Virus record (IMG/VR): IMGVR_UViG_3300042371_000472 | Span: 1 to 64,000 of that record | Strand: one strand, 5' to 3' | DNA: 64,000 nucleotides | Origin: a virus | Shown here: piece after piece, positions 19,229 through 28,606 of the stretch | How the letters are laid out: each line of letters begins with the position of its first letter | How positions within the stretch are numbered: position 1 is the stretch's first letter | Notes under the pieces: model-generated | What the model was told of the DNA's origin: nothing | The model's input: only the letters and a program-made list of their open reading frames with translations | Database searches by the model: none | Made by a program: the position numbers and the translations under genes

Positions 19229-19638
19229 GTCATTGGGCACGAATAGATGAAAATAATATTGTTACTGATGTTCTAGTTGGCAATAATGATGAACCCGACG
19301 AAGGCTACCAATGGTTTGTTGACAACCTTGGTGGAAGATGGATTCAAACATCCGTTAACACTCACGGTGGTATTCATAAGAATGGCAAAGAACCAGTACG
19401 GAAAAACTATGCTGGAATTGGTTACACATACGATGAAGCATTAGATGCTTTTATTCCACCCAAGCCAACAGAATTTCCCTCATTTGTCGTTGACCCCGAA
19501 ACAGGTTTATGGACTACTCCTGTTCCACGACCAGATGGCGATGAACCTTGGGGATGGAATGAATCTGCTCAAGAGTGGGTTATTATGGATATTCCAGTAC
19601 TAGAAAATGAAGTGTTACCCCCAACAACAGGAGAATAA
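19225..19638 (+). CDS. Tail fibre-associated protein
   Basis: MSHWARIDENNIV...WIQTS...RKNYAGIGYTYD...FIPPKP. Confidence 0.75.
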   Translation: MSHWARIDENNIVTDVLVGNNDEPDEGYQWFVDNLGGRWIQTSVNTHGGIHKNGKEPVRKNYAGIGYTYDEALDAFIPPKPTEFPSFVVDPETGLWTTPVPRPDGDEPWGWNESAQEWVIMDIPVLENEVLPPTTGE

Positions 19639-19641
19639 ATA

Positions 19642-19782
19642 ATGTCTAATGTACAACTAGATGTCAACAAGATTGTTGAATCGCTCGTCAACCAGATTTC
19701 ACAGCAGGCCCAGCGTATCGCTGTCCTAGAGGCTACGATTGATGCTATACAGAAAGCCAATAACGAGGAAGTTACTGAGTAA
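19642..19782 (+). CDS. 46-aa coiled-coil protein (not in ORF track)
   Basis: MSNVQLDVNKIVESLVNQISQQAQRIAVLEATIDAIQKANNEEVTE; AGGAG RBS. Confidence 0.6.
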   Translation: MSNVQLDVNKIVESLVNQISQQAQRIAVLEATIDAIQKANNEEVTE

Positions 19783-19784
19783 CT

Positions 19785-20045
19785 ATGTTTAACCCAGGTG
19801 GCAAGATTTATAGGGCGCTCGTTAAGTCGTCCGACAGCACCACGGGTGAAATCTATGTGTCTTTGCCCCATGTTATGGGTGAAAATAGTTATCTACCTCT
19901 GTCTTATGTGGATAGGGAGGCAATTGGTGGCGTCTGGTCCGTACCCACACCGGGTGATATGATTATCGTTGCAAGCGACGACGACCAGTTTTCTAATGTA
20001 TTCTGGTTAAAGACAACTACTGGAACCGACGGCGGTTCAGCCTAA
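19785..20045 (+). CDS. Stand-alone baseplate spike OB-fold domain (gp5/gpV N-terminal-like)
   Basis: IYRALV-x2-SD-x3-GEIYVSLP...VPTPGDMIIV...VFW. Confidence 0.55.
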   Translation: MFNPGGKIYRALVKSSDSTTGEIYVSLPHVMGENSYLPLSYVDREAIGGVWSVPTPGDMIIVASDDDQFSNVFWLKTTTGTDGGSA

Positions 20046-20056
20046 AGGAGATACTT

Positions 20057-20866
20057 ATGAATTACCCCTGCATCAAATTGGTGGTCCCAACCGCTCTCAA
20101 ACAGTATAAGAACGGTCAGTTAGCACCAAGCGTTTTGGCTTCCGTTAAAACTGGCGGAAAGATGTACGCACCAGTTGCAGAGCAATTCAATAAGTTGTAC
20201 GACGCCGCTCTCGCCGCTGGCTTCAAGTTGAAGAATGTGGGCGACTACCGCTCATTTGAAGGTCAACTAACAATGTTTATGGACCGCTATGTCACCGAAG
20301 ATACTGGTACTGGCGTTACACGCAAGTACGAGGGTAAGACATGGTACCTCAAGAAGGGTAAAGCCCCTTCAGCCGCTCCAGACCCCACGGGTCTCAAGGG
20401 TTCAAACCATGGCTGGGGTCTCGCAATTGACCTTGGTTATGATGTCAACGGCAAACTTACCTCAATGGGTGGCAAGTGTTTTGAGTGGATGTGCGCTAAT
20501 GCCCCCTCATATGGTTTCTACTTGCAGGGTTCTGACCCTAAGTCAAAAGAGTTTGAGGCATGGCACTGGCAGTACTGCCTCGGTGATGCCACCCCTAATG
20601 GCGCACCCGCTCCCGTAGCACCAGCCACCGCTCCTGCACCTGCTCCAGCAGGCGCACCCGCACTTACTTTTACTTACCCAGGAACACCCGTTAAGCAGGG
20701 TTCAAAGGGTGACGCCGTCAAGTTGGTTCAGGCAATCGTTGGCGCAAAGCCCGATGGTGACTTTGGTGCCAAGACCCATGAACTTGTCCGTAACTGGCAG
20801 AAGTCCAAGGGTCTTACTTATGATGGCGTTGTTGGTCCGACGACATGGAAAGCCATGTTCGGCTGA
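20057..20866 (+). CDS. Endolysin: peptidase M15 (VanY-like) plus peptidoglycan-binding domain
   Basis: YRS-x3-Q, SNHGWGLAID, EAWHW; PDGDFG / YDGVVGPTTW. Confidence 0.9.
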   Translation: MNYPCIKLVVPTALKQYKNGQLAPSVLASVKTGGKMYAPVAEQFNKLYDAALAAGFKLKNVGDYRSFEGQLTMFMDRYVTEDTGTGVTRKYEGKTWYLKKGKAPSAAPDPTGLKGSNHGWGLAIDLGYDVNGKLTSMGGKCFEWMCANAPSYGFYLQGSDPKSKEFEAWHWQYCLGDATPNGAPAPVAPATAPAPAPAGAPALTFTYPGTPVKQGSKGDAVKLVQAIVGAKPDGDFGAKTHELVRNWQKSKGLTYDGVVGPTTWKAMFG

Positions 20867-20872
20867 TAAACA

Positions 20873-21445
20873 GTGGCGACTAAAAAACGAGGATTAGGTC
20901 CAGCCGCCCTAAGTGTCTGGGACAGATTAGAACAAGGAAAAGAAGACGGTGGCTCTACGGGCCGCATAGATAAAACTACAGGCGCCCGTCTGCCACCTAC
21001 TGACCTTGCACAGGGGTTAAACGCTCTTATCCCAAGCGGTGGCGACTTTGAGGTCTACTGGGTACAACCAGTAGACCAGTACTACATGGGTCCGACCAAG
21101 AGTTCTTGCGTCGTGGCTCATGTGTTCATTCCCGTTGCTACTAGGGATGAAGTAACTGAAGACATGGGTATTGGGGACAGCGTTGATGAGGGCATAGATA
21201 TCCTTTCTAAGCAATTCTCTAGAATACGAAAGACTGACCGATCCAAGGGCGGTTCCTCATATAACATCCTCGGATATGTATATGTGATGTTTCGTAACCG
21301 CGCTGGAGTCACCAGTGGCGTTTACAAATATGGACCCATGCCGTTAGACATCTACCGCAATTATCGTGAGTACAGTTCTAAGGGTAAGGGTATTAGACAG
21401 ATTCTTGAACCATTTGGATACACTAAGAGCAATTGGCCCGTTTAA
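20873..21445 (+). CDS. KTSC-domain-like protein with insertion
   Basis: KSSCV...YVYVMF...VYKYGPMPLDIY...SSKGK. Confidence 0.55.
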   Translation: MATKKRGLGPAALSVWDRLEQGKEDGGSTGRIDKTTGARLPPTDLAQGLNALIPSGGDFEVYWVQPVDQYYMGPTKSSCVVAHVFIPVATRDEVTEDMGIGDSVDEGIDILSKQFSRIRKTDRSKGGSSYNILGYVYVMFRNRAGVTSGVYKYGPMPLDIYRNYREYSSKGKGIRQILEPFGYTKSNWPV

Positions 21446-21460
21446 CAACAAGGAATTACA

Positions 21461-21868
21461 ATGAGAGCATTTCTAGCCATGTCAGCATGGTTGGCGTCAA
21501 TCGTTTGGGTAATAGTAAGCGTTATCCTTATGTCCCCCATGACAGGCATCGCCCTACTGATTAGTTGTTTCATATCGTTCCTAATATTCAGGGATACCAT
21601 GAACGCCGTGCAGGCAGTCGGTCCCGTGTACTGGATTTGTAGAGATATTGTTCCCCCTAATACCCGCCTTTTTGCGTGGGGGTTTATGCGCCAGACATCT
21701 GCTCCTTGGCGCGTCGGTAAAGGCATCCAAATACGCTTTAAAAAGCACACCTTTCAAATCGGACTTTCTCGTAAAGGTAAGCAGGTATCTGATGACACTG
21801 GCTTGCTATATGCTGTCCAAGGGCGGTATCTTGATGACAAGCCTAAGGAAATCAGGGACTGGAAATGA
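21461..21868 (+). CDS. Membrane protein
   Basis: Two N-terminal TM segments; AAGGA RBS. Confidence 0.65.
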   Translation: MRAFLAMSAWLASIVWVIVSVILMSPMTGIALLISCFISFLIFRDTMNAVQAVGPVYWICRDIVPPNTRLFAWGFMRQTSAPWRVGKGIQIRFKKHTFQIGLSRKGKQVSDDTGLLYAVQGRYLDDKPKEIRDWK

Positions 21869-22086
21869 TGAGACGCAAACCTAAGACTGATCTCCCAAAG
21901 ATTGCCCGACTCCAAAAGATGACTAAGAGTGAGTTAGCCACATGGGGAGAGCAGTGCCTGATCTACACCTGCCAGTCATTTGATAACTGGCGTTACCGTG
22001 ATGGGACTAATGCTGAGGTACTCCAGGCCGCAGAAGTATTCCACGAGATATTAAAAGAAATCGCCTCCAGAGATATCAGTAAGTAA
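21865..22086 (+). CDS. Hypothetical protein upstream of terminase
   Basis: ATGA overlap, colinear. Confidence 0.65.
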   Translation: MMRRKPKTDLPKIARLQKMTKSELATWGEQCLIYTCQSFDNWRYRDGTNAEVLQAAEVFHEILKEIASRDISK

Positions 22087-22119
22087 TACTGCCTTGATTT
22101 TTGTTTTATACTTACTCTT

Positions 22120-23694
22120 ATGAGTGAAGAATCAGATGTTGAGGATACGGAATACAACGAAGACATTGGTGACTATCAAGAGGAAGAACTAGACGAAACA
22201 TCTACGGAATTCGTTGACCAACTGGTCATGAAGTTAATCGTCTTTACCGAAGAGTTCTGTAATGTCACCCTGTTCCCCTATCAGGTCCCGATTGCCTATC
22301 GGATCATTGAGTCCATCGTCCTTGGCGACGGTGAAGAACTAACCCTCGTTGCGACCCGTCAGTCTGGTAAGTCTGAGGTTCTTTCTAATGTCATGGCATC
22401 CATGATGGTCATTCTCCCGCGCCTGTCCAAGGTCTACCCAACATGGCTGGGTAAGTTTGAGAAGGGCTTTTGGTGTGGTGTGTTTGCCCCCGTTGAGGAT
22501 CAGGCTGACACGGTGTTTGGTCGTATCGTCAGCAAGTTGACCAGCGAACACGCCATGAACTTCCTCCTTGATCCTGAGATTGATGATAAGGCGTCATCAG
22601 GTGGCGCTCGCGGTAAGGGTCGTATTATCAGCCTGAAGAAGTCAGGGTCACTCTGCCGTATGCAGACCTGTAACCCTAAGGCAAAGATTGAATCTAAGAC
22701 CTACCACTTCGTCATGATTGACGAAGCACAAGAGGCCGATGAGTTCATGATTTCTAAATCAATTAAGCCGATGTTAGCGTTCAACAACGGTTCTATTGTT
22801 CTTACGGGCACGGCTACTAGGAATAAGTCTTACTTTTATAAGATGATCCAGTTTAATAAGCGCCGTGACACAAACGCCAGACGGGGCCACAGACAGGCGC
22901 ACTTTGAGTATGACTGGCGAGTTGCCGCTAAATACAACGATAACTACGGCAAGTTCATTGCTAAGGAAAAGACCCGTATCGGGGAAGACTCCGACGAGTT
23001 CCAAATGTCCTACTGCAACAAGTGGATTTTGGAAAAGGGTATGTTTGTCACCGAGGAACGCCTAGAGCGCCTGTACGACCCGTCTATGGCTATTGTGAAG
23101 AAGTGGTGGCGTAGCCCCATTGTCATGGGTATAGATGTGGCGCGAACCAATGACTCCACCGTGGCTACAGCCGTATGGGTGGACTGGGACCACCCTGATG
23201 GGTTTGGTTTCTTTGAGCACCGCGTCCTTGACTGGCTGGAAATCAACAATGTTGAGTGGGAACAGCAGTACTTTGAAATGATTGACTTCATCCGTAACTT
23301 TGATGTCTACCGCATTGGTGTGGACTCTCAAGGTGTGGGTGGCGCTGTTACCGAGCGACTACAACTCTTGCTCCCTGAGATTGAGGTAGTCGCTGTCTCG
23401 TCTGACGCCAAGACTCAGAACGAGCGTTGGGTACACCTGACCGAATTAATGCAACGAGAGCAGTTGATTATTCCTGGGCACTCCAAGGCGCGCCGTACCC
23501 GATCATGGAAAAAGTTCAACCAGCAGATGTGCGACCTTGAAAAGGTTTACCGTGGCCCGTACCTACTAGCCGCCGCTCCTGATGAGAAGGGTGCATTTGA
23601 TGACTACCCCGATTCTCTAGCAATTGCTTGCAGTATGACGGCATTAGAAGTAATGCCAATGGTGGAGTCATTTAACTCTCCCTTTTATAGGTAA
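22120..23694 (+). CDS. terL: Terminase large subunit
   Basis: Walker A RQSGKS, Walker B VMIDEAQ, RNase H MGIDVA and DDYPDS. Confidence 0.93.
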   Translation: MSEESDVEDTEYNEDIGDYQEEELDETSTEFVDQLVMKLIVFTEEFCNVTLFPYQVPIAYRIIESIVLGDGEELTLVATRQSGKSEVLSNVMASMMVILPRLSKVYPTWLGKFEKGFWCGVFAPVEDQADTVFGRIVSKLTSEHAMNFLLDPEIDDKASSGGARGKGRIISLKKSGSLCRMQTCNPKAKIESKTYHFVMIDEAQEADEFMISKSIKPMLAFNNGSIVLTGTATRNKSYFYKMIQFNKRRDTNARRGHRQAHFEYDWRVAAKYNDNYGKFIAKEKTRIGEDSDEFQMSYCNKWILEKGMFVTEERLERLYDPSMAIVKKWWRSPIVMGIDVARTNDSTVATAVWVDWDHPDGFGFFEHRVLDWLEINNVEWEQQYFEMIDFIRNFDVYRIGVDSQGVGGAVTERLQLLLPEIEVVAVSSDAKTQNERWVHLTELMQREQLIIPGHSKARRTRSWKKFNQQMCDLEKVYRGPYLLAAAPDEKGAFDDYPDSLAIACSMTALEVMPMVESFNSPFYR

Positions 23695-23743
23695 ACTATG
23701 GTACGATAAGTGGAGATAAACCCCTACTAGGAGGAATCCATAG

Positions 23744-24145
23744 ATGGCAGTTGCACCTGTTCCCATGTTCCCAGAAAAAGGCACCCCAGTGTTTGAGCGT
23801 TCGTACGCCCCAAGCATTCCGGGTAACCGTGGCCCGCTCCGCTTTGAAGAAGGCGTAGCCACCGATACCGATGTCCCTTATGACTTCGGCGTTGGTGCTT
23901 ATGAGGACACCGCCCCGTCGCCCATGCGACAGAACCATAACAACCCTGAGATGTTCTACAAGTACGCTGAGGAAACAATGCGCGAGCGCGCCCACATCGG
24001 GTCGTCTTCGTGGATTGAGGCCCCGACCGTTCTTGGTGAATTCGTACAGGGTTCAATGGCTGGAGACTACATCCCGCAGTTTGAATACTCGTACAACACG
24101 GGCGGTCACATGAACCGCCCGAACCCAACAGTCGTTTACGACTGA
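23744..24145 (+). CDS. Conserved phage protein (probably virion-associated)
   Basis: AGGAGG RBS; GPLRFEEGVATDTDVP motif. Confidence 0.7.
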   Translation: MAVAPVPMFPEKGTPVFERSYAPSIPGNRGPLRFEEGVATDTDVPYDFGVGAYEDTAPSPMRQNHNNPEMFYKYAEETMRERAHIGSSSWIEAPTVLGEFVQGSMAGDYIPQFEYSYNTGGHMNRPNPTVVYD

Positions 24146-24147
24146 TC

Positions 24148-24621
24148 ATGGGTGATACCGGGAATTTCTCGGTAGTTGGCCCGGCACCGAGTAGTACATT
24201 CGGGTCATCCCCGGAACTGTCTAATTATCAGGCAGTTGCGGGGATGTTTCGTCGCGTCCAAAAAGGTAATGAATTAGTTACGGCGCGCGCTGACAACTTT
24301 GGTATTGTTACCAAGATTTCTAGCCCCTTCGTGCCTAGCCCCCTCGGTGGCAAAGTAGCACTCAATATGCCCCGCTATGCATCAGGTATTGGTGAATTCG
24401 TTCTTGATCCGATGCAGAACTTCAAGTCTGAGAAGTTAGACCTAGAGGGCCGTAAGTACGGCAACTCTACGATTACTAACCCAGGTCAGAAGTTTGATTC
24501 TAATAAGTTACGCCGTAAAGGCGTCTCATCTTATAACCGCTATAAGGCTGGTAAGACTTCTTATATGCCAGGCCGATTTGGGCATAGTTCATACAAGCCC
24601 GGAAAGATTCAGGCGTTCTGA
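24148..24621 (+). CDS. Basic hypothetical protein
   Basis: Colinear ORF. Confidence 0.65.
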   Translation: MGDTGNFSVVGPAPSSTFGSSPELSNYQAVAGMFRRVQKGNELVTARADNFGIVTKISSPFVPSPLGGKVALNMPRYASGIGEFVLDPMQNFKSEKLDLEGRKYGNSTITNPGQKFDSNKLRRKGVSSYNRYKAGKTSYMPGRFGHSSYKPGKIQAF

Positions 24622-26051
24622 TGGCTAAGAAAAAGAAAAAGTTAATTGCACCAGTCCGCGATACGACGCGCACGGATAGCCCTGTTGATCCTGGATACCC
24701 AATCCCAGCAAAAGCACCATCATACAGAGATATTCCTACTAAAAAAGGTAGAAAAGCCATTGATACTGCAATGTCACAGGCTGGTAAGAATGCGTATGGG
24801 TCACCAATACGCATGGCTGATGCTGTGGCAACTCGTGTAAATGCTCTTCAAGCGGCTCTGGCTCGCACAACCTTTCAAGTCGGACTTGGTAATCAACCTA
24901 TGGGGTCACACATTCCCCCAGGATTAGGTTGGTATGGTGAGCACCAACAGGCATACAGAGAGGCATCAGAAAGAACAGGTACCCGTATTGGAAGCCTTAT
25001 TGACGCTGGTGCTGTAGCCAGTGCTCGTAACACTCCTGAGAAAGAACGATTAGCCGCTGAATCAGCAGGTTATATCGCCGCTAACCCTGATCGTAAAGTA
25101 ACAATTACTGATGAGATGGCTCCGCACATGGGTAATCCAGATATTAAACCGGGGGAACACCGCATCGGGACAGGCCGCGACGGTGATGGTTTATCAGACG
25201 AAGATGTAGCGCATATCGGTTACGCAGAGACCCAAGCACTTAAGGGTTTGGGTCATGTAAATAAACAAGGAAACGCCCTTAGCGATAAAAGATTTACTCC
25301 AAGAGAATTTACTGGAGTAACTTTGGATTCGGCGGGACGCGATGTCGGTGCTAAGGTTGTCGCTGTCGCTCGCGGAAAAACATTTGATGAGGTTACTAAG
25401 GGAGCGACTCCTAAGACTCGTAACTTTTCACGAGCAACTCATTTAATGAGTCGTGAAGAAACTGCATATAACTCAGAAGTTCTTAGGCGCATAGCGTCAG
25501 TTCCTACCTTTGTAGAAGGTGACGGAAAGGGTGGAACAAATTATTCCTATCAGGAACATCTTTTTTCTCCATATGAAAAAACTGCGGCTGAGATTGCAAA
25601 CTTTGATCCAAGCACGGCAGATGAAAGTGTTGAAGATTATGTGATGAACGAAATGAGTGCCCATGTAGCCGCGTCTAAGGGTAAAACTGGTAAAACGGCT
25701 AGAGAAGCACAAGAAATTGTAAAACCACCAAAGGGTAAAAATGTATTTGACCCTAGTTTTGATCCTGAGGAAATGCGTCATGCATTTAATGAGGAATCTA
25801 CGCGACGGGCCGCTATGCAAATTGGTATTGCTGGGGAAAGCCTAACTACGCGGGGCGCTCAGGCTATTTCATGGGTGGAACGCCGACGACATACTCTTGG
25901 TGAAGATAAAGAATACAACAAAGCCCAAAAGCAACTTGCTAAGGATGCCAAGAAGGCAAGTAAGGCAAAAGAAAAAGCACCCACTCCCCCAACTGTTACT
26001 GAGGATAAAGGACCTACTCCTGAAGAAAGAGGACAACTTACATTGTTCTAA
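24621..26051 (+). CDS. Divergent HhH/DNA-glycosylase-like phage protein with C-terminal QLTLF
   Basis: GLGWY...GAVASAR...PKTRNF...AA-x3-G...AQAISWVERR. Confidence 0.45.
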   Translation: MAKKKKKLIAPVRDTTRTDSPVDPGYPIPAKAPSYRDIPTKKGRKAIDTAMSQAGKNAYGSPIRMADAVATRVNALQAALARTTFQVGLGNQPMGSHIPPGLGWYGEHQQAYREASERTGTRIGSLIDAGAVASARNTPEKERLAAESAGYIAANPDRKVTITDEMAPHMGNPDIKPGEHRIGTGRDGDGLSDEDVAHIGYAETQALKGLGHVNKQGNALSDKRFTPREFTGVTLDSAGRDVGAKVVAVARGKTFDEVTKGATPKTRNFSRATHLMSREETAYNSEVLRRIASVPTFVEGDGKGGTNYSYQEHLFSPYEKTAAEIANFDPSTADESVEDYVMNEMSAHVAASKGKTGKTAREAQEIVKPPKGKNVFDPSFDPEEMRHAFNEESTRRAAMQIGIAGESLTTRGAQAISWVERRRHTLGEDKEYNKAQKQLAKDAKKASKAKEKAPTPPTVTEDKGPTPEERGQLTLF

Positions 26052-26117
26052 TTGTTATCGCAATAACAGTACTTTCTAGGCTCTGATAACCTTTCCTTCC
26101 CAGTAGAAGGAGAGAGT

Positions 26118-26276
26118 ATGCGCCCGTCAGATGCCGCATTAATTACACAATATCTTAAGAGACTTGCGCCCCGTGGACACACAGAGGAGCAAGAGGTGCT
26201 ACGGTTGATATCAGTTCTTGGAGGAATCCAGAAAATGTCACACAATAAGGAGCAGAAAGTTGAGCGAGTTAAGTAA
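26118..26276 (+). CDS. 52-aa hypothetical protein (not in ORF track)
   Basis: AAGGAG RBS; MRPSDAALITQYLKRLAPRG... Confidence 0.6.
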   Translation: MRPSDAALITQYLKRLAPRGHTEEQEVLRLISVLGGIQKMSHNKEQKVERVK

Positions 26277-26526
26277 TGAATTGCTCTCGCGTGGTCCAAT
26301 TAATTGGGGGTGTGGTATTGCCACCCTCAGGGACGAACTTCACGGAGATGAACTAACCGCACTAAACACCGCATTAGAAAGAATTATGACTGACCCAGGA
26401 AAGGGTAGGTCTAAGGTATATTCTTCTATGTGGTTAGCGAATGTGCTAGTTAAGCACGGACATCAAATTAGCCGAAGCACCATAGAACGACATATAAAGG
26501 GGAAGTGCAGTTGTGGCAAGCCTTAG
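26260..26526 (+). CDS. HTH / Zn-binding small protein
   Basis: ISRSTIERHIKGKCSC; TTG start after AAGGAG. Confidence 0.6.
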   Translation: MSELSNELLSRGPINWGCGIATLRDELHGDELTALNTALERIMTDPGKGRSKVYSSMWLANVLVKHGHQISRSTIERHIKGKCSCGKP

Positions 26527-27658
26527 TGATGATTTAGGAACACCCCCAGCAAAAGCAACATTGGGAAAGATTGCGGAGTTATTAAACCGCAATAACATTG
26601 ATGTTGAAGAAGTGGGGTCAATCAAGCGCGTATCCCTCTACCAATCACTCACTAAGAATGACCAAGGTCAGGCTGAGGTTCACGACCTCATGGGTATCCA
26701 ATTCAACCCCAAGTGGGCTGAAGGGCCTGATTGGCCCGTGGTACAACCAGGGCCGTCAATCAAACTCCCAGTACGCAAAGTAATACAAAGTAATACAGAG
26801 GGATACAAAGTAGCGGTTATCCTCCCCGACATGCAGATCGGTTACTACCGAAATGCTGACGGGAGCCTGGAACCCACCCATGATGAAGAGGCTCTCTCTA
26901 TCTCCATGGCAATTATCAAGAAGTTGAATCCTGACCGAATTATCATGGTCGGTGACAACCTTGACTTTCCTGAGTTCGGTAAGTACCGTCTCAGCCCAGC
27001 ATACGCAATTACTACTCAGGCATCTATTGACCGCGCCACAACACTATGCGCGGAACTTCGTGCCGCCGCACCAAACGCCGTCATAGATTGGATTTCAGGT
27101 AACCATGAAGAACGACTCGTCAACTTCATCTTGGACAATGCAAAGGTTTCGTTCGGCTTGCGTCGGGGGAATACTCCGGATTCTTGGCCTTGCCTTAGTG
27201 TGCCTTATCTATGTCGTTTCAATGATTACGGGGTTAATTATGTGGCTGGCTACCCTGCTGGACAAGTATGGATTAATCAAAGGCTCAAAGTCATCCACGG
27301 AAACAAGGTCAGGTCTAACGGTTCAACCGCCCACGCCTACCTCAACGACAGCAAGGTATCCGTCATCTACGGGCACATTCACCGTAGGGAATGGGCTGAA
27401 CGGTCACGCGAGGACTGGGATGGGGCAAAGACCATCATGGCGGCGTCACCAGGGACACTAGCCCGCTGTGACGGTGCTGTACCCAGTACCAAGGGCGGTA
27501 TGGACCTAGACGGTCGCCCAATGACCATTGTGGAGGACTGGCAACAGGGTCTAGCCGTTGTCTCTTATGAGGATGGCGAAGGCGCCTTTTGGTATGAACA
27601 GATACCTATCCATAATAAGACCGCTTTTTTCCGTGGTAAGGTTTACTCTCCGGAATGA
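26513..27658 (+). CDS. Calcineurin-like metallophosphoesterase
   Basis: PDMQ, GDNLD, GNHE, IHG, GHIHR motifs. Confidence 0.9.
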   Translation: MASLSDDLGTPPAKATLGKIAELLNRNNIDVEEVGSIKRVSLYQSLTKNDQGQAEVHDLMGIQFNPKWAEGPDWPVVQPGPSIKLPVRKVIQSNTEGYKVAVILPDMQIGYYRNADGSLEPTHDEEALSISMAIIKKLNPDRIIMVGDNLDFPEFGKYRLSPAYAITTQASIDRATTLCAELRAAAPNAVIDWISGNHEERLVNFILDNAKVSFGLRRGNTPDSWPCLSVPYLCRFNDYGVNYVAGYPAGQVWINQRLKVIHGNKVRSNGSTAHAYLNDSKVSVIYGHIHRREWAERSREDWDGAKTIMAASPGTLARCDGAVPSTKGGMDLDGRPMTIVEDWQQGLAVVSYEDGEGAFWYEQIPIHNKTAFFRGKVYSPE

Positions 27659-27954
27659 TTGGGGTGGGTCGTATGTCTGACAAGGAAAACCTTAAGGCAG
27701 TTGTTGTCGTTTGGGATGACGCGTTTGATGGCCCTGGTGGATGGATTGATCCAGCCAAGTATGAACCACGCATTATTGACCCCATTACTATTGGCTGGGT
27801 TATAGATGAACATGCCGAGAAGTACCTGACCTTGTACTCGTCCTTCTATTATGACGATGATGGTATACTTATTTGTTCAAATCCTATGCATATTCCTCGT
27901 GGTATGATTAGGTCTATTACTCCCGTAAAGATAAAGAAGTCAGGGGACAGTTGA
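27655..27954 (+). CDS. Conserved phage hypothetical protein
   Basis: VVWDDA-x5-W...TIGW...IPRGMI. Confidence 0.7.
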   Translation: MIGVGRMSDKENLKAVVVVWDDAFDGPGGWIDPAKYEPRIIDPITIGWVIDEHAEKYLTLYSSFYYDDDGILICSNPMHIPRGMIRSITPVKIKKSGDS

Positions 27955-28601
27955 TGGGTCTACGCCGTAGGAATAGAGGATCACGCGCTGATACTCGTCG
28001 TGGTGAATTGTCACCCGCTGAAATTGCAAAGCATGGACCACAAAAGCCTGATGATGGGTTTTCTATACGCACATCTGGTCGTGGTGCAGGTGGTCCTGCT
28101 CGTAATGTTTTTTCTGTTGGTTATGCACCCGAATCAGGTCGCGGGGCTGAAGTTCCAGTAGACCCCTCTGAACCTGCAACTACCCAACTTCTTGACTTTA
28201 ACCGACGAAACGCAGATGTACTGGGTTCCCCAGGCGCAAATATGATTCAAGGTGGCTGGCATGACCCGTCAACTGGCATTGTCCAGCAAGATACCTCTGT
28301 AGCACTACCAAAAACTGCTGGTGGTCTTGAAGCCGCTATGCAAATTGGGGCATTGGGTCGTCAAGATTCCATAGGTAATGTTGGCCCTAATGCCAAAACC
28401 CCATATATCGGTGACATAAAAATTCCTACGCATCTACATCCAGAGCAATTTTGGCATGAGGGAACTTCACCCCTTGTGACAGATAAGGGCATTGACCCCA
28501 CATCGGGACGACGCCGTGTAAGTATTCTTCCACCGCGTCAAGAAATGGTCGGCGTAGAAGCATCAATTTTAGCCGAACAACTCGGATTACCTAAGGATTA
28601 A
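27951..28601 (+). CDS. Hypothetical protein, possible SAM-lyase/DUF3293-like fold
   Basis: GGWHD...QDTS...EAAMQIGALGRQDSI; contains HLHPEQF. Confidence 0.4.
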   Translation: MMGLRRRNRGSRADTRRGELSPAEIAKHGPQKPDDGFSIRTSGRGAGGPARNVFSVGYAPESGRGAEVPVDPSEPATTQLLDFNRRNADVLGSPGANMIQGGWHDPSTGIVQQDTSVALPKTAGGLEAAMQIGALGRQDSIGNVGPNAKTPYIGDIKIPTHLHPEQFWHEGTSPLVTDKGIDPTSGRRRVSILPPRQEMVGVEASILAEQLGLPKD

Positions 28602-28606
28602 CCCCA

